Positions 48,962 to 59,811 of a stretch of DNA of 64,000 nt are shown in pieces (the stretch's first letter is position 1; every line of letters starts with the position of its first letter). The stretch covers positions 12,090,001 through 12,154,000 of the forward strand of contig JBHGNT010000008.1 in assembly GCA_043228905.1 (NCBI GenBank). Direction: 5' to 3'. The DNA is from Azolla caroliniana. Its lineage: Eukaryota > Plantae > Polypodiophyta. The notes beneath the pieces are model-generated. The model worked only from the letters and a program-made list of their open reading frames with translations, was not told where the DNA came from and did not search any database. Both the position numbers and the translations under genes were made by a program.

Positions 48962-51008
48962 TTAAAAATCCATTCTCACTTGGGACAAGAGTTCCCTCTT
49001 GTTCCTTTCGTGATTTGCCGGCACCGTTAGGAATTGGACGGATTTCCCACCGTTTTGGCTCCGAATTCGCGCAAAAGCCGCACCGCTATCGAGCACCTTC
49101 GTCTCCATCCGTGATTCCGTGGTAAAGGGTTGGCCGAGGATGACGGAATGTGAAACCTCATCTTGCACGAAGAAATTTTGGTCGATCTCGACATCCCCGA
49201 TCTTCACCGTCACATCTGGACAAGCCGCAAATAGATCTTCCGTTGCTTTGGTGGCCGCCCGACCGAATCTTCCATCCATGGTTGGTGTTAATAGGCCACT
49301 TCCCCTTCCGGTAGAACTCCTTGGACATCAAGTTGATCTCCGATGCGTGATCAATCAATGCTAGCACGGGTTCTTTGATGTTGCCGATTCGGACCGGAGT
49401 CTCCGTAGTCGCGCGTGCCCAATGTGGCCTTGTATAGTGGGAGTTCGGAATTTCGTCCTCCACTTCGGTGTCATTCATTAAAACGGTGTTCGCATTCACC
49501 CTTGGAGCATTTTCCTCCATACTTTGTCTTTTTCGCTTCACGAGATCCACGAGAAGATCGTGGAACTCCTTCTTTGCTATTCCGAGTAGCTCCCGAAGCG
49601 AGAAATCTACCCGGCTATCCAAGATCCTTTCCTCGAACACTCTTTTCAAGTCGGTTTGTTGTTCTATGTCTGAGGCAAGCTTGAATGCCGGAGTCGCCTT
49701 TTCTTTTCCCTTACCTCCGGAGTTCCAGCTTTCCAGTATCTTCGATGGCCCGCCCGCATCCTCCGTGCGTCGTCGTTTCTCGTCCACATACACCTTATGC
49801 AATTGACACAGGGCGTATACGCTATTCTTGTTGACAGGGAACTCCCATCCCGTAGCTTCCCGGACGCCTTCCGCGGTGCTTCGGATCTCGTTGGAGTCGG
49901 TTTTCTCGGTGTTTTCTAGAACTTCCAGCCAAAAAGACGTCTTTGCTCTCGATGACTCCCCGACACATATTCCCGCGGTTGTCTCATAGTTGCTTCTTGC
50001 CGCCAATTCCTCCTCGAGCACCTTCTTCATGCCGCCTTTCCGGAAGTTCAGTCGGAGTGACTTCCGAGAGTCCATCGAATGAATCCGGTTTCCCTCGTAG
50101 TAGATGAGATCCCGCCGTAGCGCCTCCTTATGCTCATCGCAATCCCTCCGATCGTGTTCGGCGCTATCGCACCATATGCACCGTCGGTCCGTATACTTAG
50201 AGCTTGTGGGGTGGTCATCCGACTTCTTCACCATCGCGATCTTCAGATTCTCCATCTCCTTCAATAGTTGCTCCACCGTAGATGCATCAATCCCCTTCTC
50301 GGTTGTAGTCTCCCGAGCCCTCAGTTGATGGTCTTCCAATCCGGTTCTCGGTTTCGGAATTGGTTCCGAAACCCTCTTTTCCTCGTTGGCAAGCCATTGC
50401 CCCCTCTTCGTGTATCACGCGACGATATCCCGCACGCTTTCCCATGTTTCGGTGAGGCCGCTCTCCATGGTCATGTCCTCCAAGAGCACTCCGAGATCTT
50501 TCCGGTCCCGGACGTCCACGGCTCGCAAGAACATGATCACCTTGTCCGGTACGAGGATAGCTTGATCTCTCGCGGACAACCTCCTGAACCGGCTTTCGAA
50601 TGCCGAAAACACATCAACGACCTTCAAGCCCTTGTCCGGCGTCTCCACCCAATCTTCGAATCCCCTTCACGTCGCCTTGGAGGAATCCTCGATGGCGAAC
50701 GTCCTCTTTAGCTCTTCTTCAAACGCCTCCCATGTCGGATTTTGTTGTCGTAGCCCATGGATGCTTGCTTGAAGCCCGTCGGTTGCGACCCGGTTGAAGG
50801 ACGTCACTTGCAGTCCTTCCGATATTCCGCACCGTAGCATCTCCGCCTTGTAGTCCCGAAGATACCGCGACACGTCTTTCCCGTTGAATTGCCCGTTTCG
50901 TTGCACGAGCCGCTCCACTGATGCCGCTATCTCCGACATCGCGCGTTGTTCTTGTAGCATGCGCTCGAACATCATCATCATGTTGCTAGCCTCCGGTTGA
51001 TTTTCCAT
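48962..51008 (-). pseudogene. gag: gag-protease ORF of element J (frameshifted)
   Basis: FNGKDVSRYL, CIWCDSAEHDRRDC knuckle, ALIDHASEINLM protease, ILGQPF; ends ...RMDF*. Confidence 0.9.
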
Positions 51009-51025
51009 CTCCTTGCCACCCGGTC

Positions 51026-51043
51026 TTCACGTCGGGTTCACCA
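51026..51043 (-). promoter_or_regulatory. 18-nt PBS complementary to tRNA-Trp
   Basis: TGGTGAACCCGACGTGAA; plant tRNA-Trp ends ...TTCACGTCGGGTTCACCA (recalled sequence). Confidence 0.85.
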
Positions 51044-51574
51044 ACTGTGTCGTGCCTTTAGGCTCTGGATCGTTGCGTGAGTCGGGTGGGAACCGCCGAG
51101 GTTTTGGACGAGGAAGAGGAATACAACTTAAGGCTAATTATGAATAGTAGAAAGAGAAGTAAGATAGCAATCTCGTGAATCCTACGAGTTTAGTGTATTT
51201 AAAACAATATTTAGATTATAAGAGTAATTTAGATGGCAAAATTCGTGCATCCCACGAATATATTAGATTGATCAATCCTTGTATATTAATCAACAACCTT
51301 ATACATATTTCTCTCCTCCTTATATAAAGATGGAAGAGGCTAAGCATGGCGTCATGCTTTTTCACCAAAAGTGTCCATGCACACTAAATGTGCATGTGAT
51401 GCTTTGTCATTTCCTAAGTATAGGGCTCATGCACGCTAGATGTGCATGAGTCACTTTTAATGTCACGTGTAAATAAAATATTCACACCCTAAAGAATACA
51501 TGATTTTTACCTTTTAATAAAGGTATGTGTAAATAAAGGTCTTATACATATTAAATCTATATGTATAACACTAA

Positions 51575-51650
51575 ACATAAGTTATTACAATGGTAAAGTT
51601 GAGGTTTATCTACGTGGAGGTGCAAGGTTCGAATCCTACCCTATGCACGT
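51575..51650 (+). promoter_or_regulatory. tRNA-like Pol III cassette in the LTR of J (copy at 45215-45290)
   Basis: Degenerate A box TATTACAATGG at 51583, perfect B box GGTTCGAATCC at 51626, 43-nt spacing, TTTT ~25 nt downstream. Confidence 0.65.
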
Positions 51651-54600
51651 GATAAATATTTTGATATATTATTTATTTATTTACATGTATCTAAAATCAG
51701 ATATATTATTTTATGGTTTTCACGTAGTGTGTGGAATACACTACGACAACGCGGCTCGCGTAAAAGAAGAAATTGACAAACTCCTCAAGGCCGGATTCAT
51801 TTGACCAGTCAAGCAAGCTACATGGTTAAGCCCGATACTAGTCGTACCAAAGAGAAATGACAAAATATATGTATGCGTGGACTACCGGAAATTGAACGCC
51901 GTAACCATTACTGACGCATTCCCTTTACTGTTCACCGACAACATATTGGACGCCGTCGCAAGGCATGACATGTACAACTGTTTAGCTGGCTTTAGTGGGT
52001 ACAATCAAGTACGCATGCACCCAGACGACCAAGAGAAGATAGTGTTTGTCACGGACTGGGGAGTCTATGTCGCAATCGTCATGATGTTCGGGCTAAAGAG
52101 GATGTCGGCTACATTTCAACAGACAATCACGGAGATTTTTGGGGAATATATAACGGCCTTCATGCAGGTTTTTTTAGATGATTTTGCGGTATATGGGACA
52201 ACAACTGACCATTTTTTGCATCTACAGCTTTGCTTGGAGTGTTGCCGAACCGCGCGCTTAAGTCTGAATCCCGCCAAATGCGCCTTCGGCGTTACCAGCA
52301 GGGCTCTCCTCGGCCACATAGTCAGTAAGGAAGGGATAGCAGTCGATCCGAACAAAATCTCCGCAATTACTCACGGGAAAGCAACGACAAACGTGAAAGC
52401 ACTCAACCGGTTTCTAGGACAAATACGATGGCACAATCGGATGATACGCTATTTGGCGGAGTTCGCCACGCCATTACATGCCGCCGTTCATCGCACTCCT
52501 TTCAAATGGATAACAACGGAAGAGAAGGCGTATGATGCGCTAAAGATAATGCTAACGCAGACACCCGTCGTATAGCCACCAGTTTGGGCAAAACCATTCC
52601 ACTTGTTCATGGATGCCTCGGACATAGCAATAGGTAGTGCACTAATGCAGCTCACGGAGCCGAATTGGTACCAACCAGTGTAATACGCTAGTCGGAAACT
52701 ATGAACGATTGAGCGTAGCTATTCCACAACAAAATGTGAAGCATTGGGTATGATATACAACATCAATAAGTTCCGACATTATCTCCTAGGGCGGAAATTC
52801 ACGTTTCACGTGGATCATACAACATTGCTATATTTGGTAGGGAAACAAGCGTTGACAGGGAAATTGGCTAGACAGATGCTGATGCTCCAAGAATTCAACT
52901 TTGTAATTCAACACCGACCGGGTAGGCAACACGTGGTGGCAGATTTCTTGAGCAGACTAGATAATGGAGAAATGGCGCAAAAGGATGACGACGACTTTCC
53001 GGATGCAGACATTCTGCGTGTAGCAACTCTAGCAGAACGAACGGAAAAGAGTTTTCCGGATCAGTGGCTAATGGAAATGACCTACTTCCTTACCACGGGG
53101 TTACCGCCATCCCAATTATGGACGGACAAGGAAAAACGGTTGGCCGTACGGAGTCGAAATTTTTGTTTAGTCGAAAACATCCTATACCACAAAGGCAGTG
53201 ATGGCATCTGGAGGCGCGGAATATGACAGGATGAGAAGGCTACGGTTCTACGCAAAGCCCACTGTGGTATGTTAAGGTTTTATATAGGTTGAAACGTTTA
53301 ACATGAATACCAATCTGTTAATAAGGCTTGATAAACAATAAGAACAAGCAGATTTGAATTTCATTGATGTATGATGGTTAGAAGAACCAGCAAATTTGGG
53401 GAGGACATTACGCGGGCGATGTTACGGCCTGGAAAATCTGGCAAGCGGGACTTTGGTGGCCGACTATGCAAGAGGATGCGTATGAAAATTGTGGACAATG
53501 CGATTTATGTCAACGACTGGGCCAACCCACAGAAGTTGGGAGAATGCCACACCAACCAATGTTGCCACTAGATCCTTTCCAAAAGTGGGGGCTAGATTTT
53601 GTGGTACCCTTTACCCTGACGGTTGCTCGAACAGGCAATAAGTATATCCTGGTGGCCACATATTACTGTACCAAATGGGTAGAAGCAAAACCATTATGCG
53701 AGAATACCACGACAGTCACGGCGAAATTCCTTTACGAACACATTTGGTGTCGTTTCGGCTGCCCTATCGAGCTCATTAGTGACCAAGGGAGTCACTTTTT
53801 GATTACGGTCATCAGCGAACTGACCCAACACTACGTTGTGGTTCACAAAAAAAGTACGTTGTATTATCCATAGGCAAATGGCTTGGCAGAATCCACGAAC
53901 AATACCCTACAAACCATTCTCAAAAAGACAGTCAATGAGAACAGAACGGATTGGGATACCAAATTGCACAATGCGTTATGGGCATACCGTACTAGCTATA
54001 AGACCAACATACAATCAACGCCTTTCAGGCTAGCATTTGGGCTAGAGGCCGTGATGCCAATCGAATTCCAGGTACCCAGTCTGCAGATTCAAGTACGAGC
54101 CTAGCTACTAGAGGGCAAATCCGAGCAAATACGGCTACAACAACTGCTCGAGCTAGGCGAAACACAGTTACGCAGTATGGCCATATTGGAGCAGGAACAA
54201 CGGCCACGCAAAGAATTCATGGACCGCCACTGGCATGTGTGCGAAAAAGATTTTATGGTTGGGAAAGCGGTCTTAGTTTTTCAAACACGCATGGGGCATA
54301 TGCTAGGAAAATTAAGATTCCGCTGGACAGGCCCGTACTGGATAGTGGGAGCGGAACAGGGTACGTTTGAACTTGGCACGTTGGCCGAGGAAGTGTTACG
54401 ACAAAAAGTGAATGGGTTTCGCCTTAAACCTTATTTGGGACCTACGCCACCTAACCCATTCCCCGCCGGACAAGACAAAACCGGGGAATCCGCGGAGTAA
54501 GTATAGGGCTCCACTTGTACTATAGTGTAAAAAGAATATTGTATGTAACCGTTACGAAACAAAAAAGAAAAGAAAAAAGCAAAAAGAGAGAAGATAGCGA

Positions 54601-54950
54601 CGCTATTAAAAGGACTTAAGGCATGCACAGACTTCTAGGCCAAGAACACGCGGCACTACGATGGCTCACTGACCAATGAACCCTAGGCCACAAAAAGAAG
54701 GAAATAGAAGGTTTTCTGCACAGTACAGAAACCAACCTTCTAACTCTAATCGGTCTCATCGCTCCCCTCCCTCATCCTCTTCTCCATCCTCTCACAGAGC
54801 TCAAGTTCGCCATAGCCAACAGTCCTCACCCATTAGCCACGAGCCTAACCATCCGACTATGCCGATACCCATTTTTGCCTCCTTGCGTCGATGGCTCGTG
54901 GAGAAACGCTTGGATGGATACATTAGAGTCGCCGAGGCACCTCCCCACCG

Positions 54951-55240
54951 TGAAGCATTGGACATCGCTAGGAAGCTCAATATCGACACGGTCACCAACA
55001 CATCCATCCCGAAAAAGCTTGACCTGTCATCACTAGGAGAAAGGCATTTCAAAATCCCTCCTACGGAAACTTTGCAGAGATATTTCGGGCCATATTGAAG
55101 CACTGGACATCACTAGGAAGCTCAATATCGACACGGTCACCAACACATCCATCCGGAAAAAGCTTGACTTGTCATCACTAGGAGAAAGGCATTTCAAAAT
55201 CCCTCCTACGGAAACTTTGCAGAGATATTTCGGGCCATAT
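54951..55240. repeat. 145-bp tandem duplication in ORF3 of G
   Basis: 54951-55095 repeated at 55096-55240; single copy in element E. Confidence 0.93.
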
Positions 55241-57681
55241 TCGGCGTTCGCCAAGGCATACAGAACGAAGGAATTCCCCGACCCCTTTTCTCGCGAAATA
55301 GCCAAGTTCCTGTTGGAGGTCGGATGCGTACATGTAAATGCATATGGGATGCCCAAGCAGAAGGCAGGTATCATCATTGATACCTTTGAAGGGCGCTTGG
55401 TTGATTGGGGGGTCATTACAGGACCAGTGTTACGGGAAGGCTTGCACGCGTATCAAGGAGGCAAAAAGCTAAGGCCTATCATACAACAGTATCTGACGAT
55501 ATTATTCCCACCCCAAGGACTGCCGACACCGCAGCACAACAAAACCACGCCGCCGCCACGATTCGCGAAGTGAAGGTTAGCGGACTTGGGCACCACAGAG
55601 TGGGAGGATGAACCCCAATCAGCCCAGACCAACATGCGAACAACACAGGAAGAACGGGCGGAGCACAACGAGGAAGCTGTGCAGGAGCCGGAAGCCGAGC
55701 CAAGTCAAGGAAGCCCGAGGCCGAAACGGCGGAGGCTGGACAGGAAAGATGGGCGCAGGTTAGTTAAAGACACACTCGCGGCCATAACGACGACGATCGT
55801 GGTCAACAGCTCCGTAGCTACGGAGCCCAACACCACCTTCAAAATAATCCGGGAACCAAGGCCGATCATTTCGTCTCAGGCACAACGGGGGAAAGGCGTA
55901 TTTACGGCGGAAAGTGAGATCCTGGCGTATTCGGACATTCCGGACACGACCCATGAGTTCGGAGCAGTATTAGAGTTCGGAACTACTTTTGAACTCATGG
56001 AATTTTTGGTAACACAACAAATAAAAGTCTCACAACGAATGGTCGAGGAGCACGCGGAGCGCCAAATGATTGAGCACGTGCTAACACAAACGATGGAAAG
56101 CGATGATGAGGAGCTGTTAGCCAGAGTTGAAAGACAGCGGAACGCCGGTATACGACGATTGGGGATGGAACTACCCCCATTAAACGCGGCCCTTGTCGAA
56201 GTTCATAGGGAACTGGCTAAGGTCAGTATTGGCGCTAAGGATATGGCGATTAAAAATAAAAATGTCTGGAAAACATTTAAACTGACCCAAGCCGAGCTAC
56301 AAAAGGCCAACGCACGCATCGCGGAGTTGGAACATAACGTGACTACGGCGCAACAGGCAGCTCAACCAACAACCAACGCCGCCGAGGCCCTGAGAGAAGA
56401 AATTGAAGCCCAGACTGCCATTGCCTCGAAAGCAAAATGGGTTGTGCAACTGGCGGAATAAGAGATTGACCATGCCCGCTCCGAAGTTTGTTAGTCCTCA
56501 GACTGAGAGAAGGACATCCGGGCCAACGGCCGAAAGGCAGTGAAGACCCTTGAAGAGAAACTCGTAGCGGAGGTAGCACAACACACCCGGACGAAAGAAG
56601 AAAACACGAAACTACGGGAGGAAGGGAAAAAATCGGAAGCGGCGATCACGAGACTCCGAGCCTTGTTGGAGAAGAAGAAAGTATGGTTCGACGAGCAGCT
56701 TGTAGGGGAACAGGAGACAAGGCATTGGGTCGAAATCCGTCTGAACAATGAAATGGGCAGGTTGGAGGAATTACATTCGAAGGAATCTCAGCTATGGGCA
56801 GGAATGAGGAGCACTTATGAGGAAGCGGCGGCGGTTAGTAAACAAGAAATTGAAAACCTCAAGAAAACCGTAGAAGAAGCACGCAATCGTTGCCAAGCAA
56901 TAACCGACAACGTGCACATACTTCTTCAAACCAATCGGGAAAGGTTTATGGTGCAATTAAAAGTGGCGCTAGACAAAGGCTGGATGGAATGGGCTGCACA
57001 AGCTGCGGAGTTGCATACATACCGGGCGGACTGGGAGAACCGCAGGAAAGACGGCTGAGGGTTTTACAAACTTAATGAGTAAAGCATTGCGGCAGTACGC
57101 GAGGACCTAGCGCAGGATTATTGCATGCTAGCGGACCAACACTCCGAGGAACTCGCACAACTACTAGACGATTTTGGCGAAAGTCAGGAGGACCTGTTTC
57201 CCCAGATCATGCAAGCTAGAAACACACAAATAAACGAGGAATCCATCGCGATACCTATTCCGGATACTGCCGAACAAGAGGAACCTCAACCCATGTCACT
57301 GGAAAATAACCACTACGGTGGACAGCACGGAACGGCAAGCAGAGCCCCCCGCGATACCAAAAAGCGAAACCGACGACCAAGAGGAACCCCAACCCCATTC
57401 ACCGGAGCGTATGACTACGGCCGACACCACGGAGGAAGTTACGGACGAGACAGAACCTCGACCTACTACGAGCCCGCCGATGGCTGAACTAGCCACAATA
57501 GCACAAGATGAGCCAGCAAAGCCTAGACCGCCCACACAAGAAGCCAGCGACACCATGGGAAGCCCTACCGAGCAAGTAATGGAACCACGCAACGACGTGC
57601 CTATGGACACTACGTCGTCCCCGAACCCGGACACCGGAGCAAAACCAAACATCCGGGCCATTTTGGAGGAAGATTAAAGGG

Positions 57682-57722
57682 GTGGGTCCGACGTGCCATG
57701 GCACTATACCACAGGCGTGCCA
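57682..57722 (+). other. tRNA-Arg 3'-end mimic / inverted PBS at the PPT position (element G)
   Basis: GTGGGTCCGAC-GTGCCATGGCAC-TATACCACAGGCGTGCCA, then GG and the LTR at 57725. Confidence 0.85.
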
Positions 57723-58231
57723 GGTGTTGTCCGTCGGAATAGTAACCGACGGACAGGAGCGCAGAAATATAGAATATAGTAAAAACATAATGCATATAAC
57801 GGGTCACACAGGAAGCGTGAAAGGCTAAAAGACCCTGTGTATATAAAGGGCAGAAATCCTCTGTGCATATCTGTGGTTAATCTACTGTGAGTCTATGATT
57901 CTTGGTGGCGTATTGTAGTAGTAAGAAGCGTAGGCGTGAGTACGAGTTCTATTACTAGTGCAATGTCTAGGGAGTTCGGTTGTAGCCGTCTCTCTTATAC
58001 GCTACTAGGATATGGAGAGATATCCCATTACGTATTACGGTACAACTGTACCATTTGTGGCAACGCAGTCACCTTGAGGTCTAGGTCGAAGGATTGACCG
58101 AAGACCGTGTTCCTAATTGGTAACACCAAGTCGGTTGTGACTCCTTGTAATGCTACAATTTTGTATCTCTTATTCTACTTGTGAATATACATCTTCTTCT
58201 TGAGTCCTTCATTGTGTTCTCTTCTCTCCTC

Positions 58232-58271
<40 letters not shown>

Positions 58272-58331
58272 ACTCACACACACACACACATATCTATTTT
58301 GTTGCACAAGAATCAACATCGATTCTTTACA

Positions 58332-59630
58332 AATACAGTGCTCTCGATCCTATTTTATAGGTGTTCTGAGAGTCTTTTCCAAGAACATAAGCTTGCCTGT
58401 TCGGCAAGATCCTATAGTTAACTAACTCTTCCATTTCTAGTTACTCTATTTTCTATTTAATAAAAATACACTATTAGACTTGTCTTTTCACACTTGACCG
58501 ACCCGACTTCGGCTCCAACCTTACTTCGGGTATCCGTTTGGCTACACATGGCACGCCCGTGGGATAGTGCCTTGCATGGTGGACCCACATGCTTCACACT
58601 TAGTCCTCAACTTTGTTAGCGCTGGATTCTTGGATGTTATTGTTCGGGTCATCTTTGTCGTCACCTACGTCCTCATTGAGTATGTCGAATAGATTTGGCT
58701 ATTCGTCTTCTCGGTTGTTTGTGTTGACCAGAGTTGTTTGTCTTTGGTGCTCAGAGGTCAGTTGTTGTGTGGAGCCATGGTCTTCCTATTGTGATTCATG
58801 TAAAGGAATAGTTGAACCCGATTGTTCTTGTCCAACTTCCTTGTCTTCCTCTTGCTCCAAATCGCCTTCCTGTTGATGACATTCGGTTTCATAGGCATCC
58901 AACTGCATTGTCGTTGTTATTTGCTAGTCTTCGAATTCATCCTACATCCTGTTAATTACCTCCATGTGTTGCGTAGTTAGCTCGTAAATGTCATTTGCCA
59001 ACTCCTCCGGACCGTGTTTATATGTGCTTAGTCCATCTTGACGAACCGTGGTCCTTGCTTTTTCCAGTTCTCAGGGTCGGCTCATAGCAGTTGTAATTTT
59101 GTTGCTTGTGTTGACCATGTTTTCCAACCCTTGTCTAACGACTTAGAAACCATCAGGCGTGGCTGCTCCTTATGTCACATAAGTATAGCTTGAACCTTCT
59201 CTTTCCCCATATAATTCTTATATTTGAGAGGATCAATTTCTTTTAGTAATTCCTGTCAGAGGTTCTCAATTGTGTCGTGGTCGAACCGGAGTCTCGCCTC
59301 AGCTACTATTAGGATGTGGCGTGTCTTTTTGTATTTTTCCTCCAGGTCCCTGTACTTCCTATCGAGCTCTTCCCTTGACATTTCTACCTTGGCTACGAAG
59401 TCAGCATATGTCTCCTCTTGCACTTGAATATATAACTCCGACTCTTCTCTCTTCTCTTGTTCCTCCTGTTGTGCTTGTATGATTCCTTCCAGTTCTTTTT
59501 GAGTGGCCTGCAGACATTCGGTAATTTTTTCTCGTTCAGCTTCGGCTTCTTCCTCCCTTTTGGTAGCATGTTGAATGCTGGCTACTTGTTCAGCCAATTT
59601 CCTCTCCATCGTGGCATCAAGTCAATTTCC
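58332..59630 (-). mobile_element. Athila/Tat-like element F, 3' fragment (ORF3 coiled coil, start of 3' LTR at 58546)
   Basis: Minus strand encodes SKSLDKGWKTWSTQATKL..ADPENWKK, homologous to ALDKGWMEWAAQAAELH..RADWENRRK; ORF 59256-59609; LTR begins TGTAGCC. Confidence 0.8.
58549..58588 (-). other. tRNA-Arg 3'-end mimic / inverted PBS at the PPT position (element F)
   Basis: GTGGGTCCACCA-TGCAAGGCA-CTATCCCACGGGCGTGCCA, then TG and the LTR; the plus strand reads TGGCACGCCCGTGGGA. Confidence 0.85.
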
Positions 59631-59811
59631 CTACACAATGGAAGCAAAAACAAGTTAATTCTCTAACCGCAATACAATGACCATCCAACCTAGAATAACC
59701 CTGAATAGCATGGAGAGATCACAATTCGGGAATTCCTTGGCACTCCCAGGTCTTCTCCCTATTTACTTTATCTATCTTCACTTCCCAAAATTCATGTTTG
59801 ATATCTCGGAC

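Larger units (their letters stand above)
44687..51748 (-). mobile_element. Complete Ylt1/Phygy-like Ty3/gypsy element J (7.06 kb), 4-bp TSD ACGT/ACGC
   Basis: LTRs at 44687-45388 and 51048-51748 (TGTCG...CGACA), PPT GGAGGGGGCGAG at 45389-45400, Trp PBS. It splits the host codons NY|AARVKEE. The lineage name is inferred from RT motifs YSNRWFTVPKKNG, DLYSGYDQ and LPQGATNS. Confidence 0.93.
41478..58125 (+). mobile_element. Complete but degenerate Athila/Tat-like element G, TSD CCAAG; contains element J
   Basis: LTRs at 41478-41951 and 57725-58125 (internal ~70-bp deletion). Decayed Arg PBS TGGCATGCTTGGTG at 41956. gag-PR 42240-44686, RT-RH-INT 51749-54500, ORF3 ~54859-57677. Confidence 0.95.
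39882..58331 (+). mobile_element. Ty1/copia element K, 3' part (RT-RH 39882-41120; 3' LTR 41213-41477 plus 58131-58331, split by element G)
   Basis: [18 protein letters not shown] (degenerate YVDD), SSKKQ..LSTEAEY, KHIEVH; PPT TTGAGGGGGTG; LTR resumes after TSD CCAAG. Confidence 0.88.

Noticed and set aside
53267-53390. GTATGT...CAG as a spliceosomal intron in integrase
   Set aside because: Removing it does not restore the GGHY reading frame.
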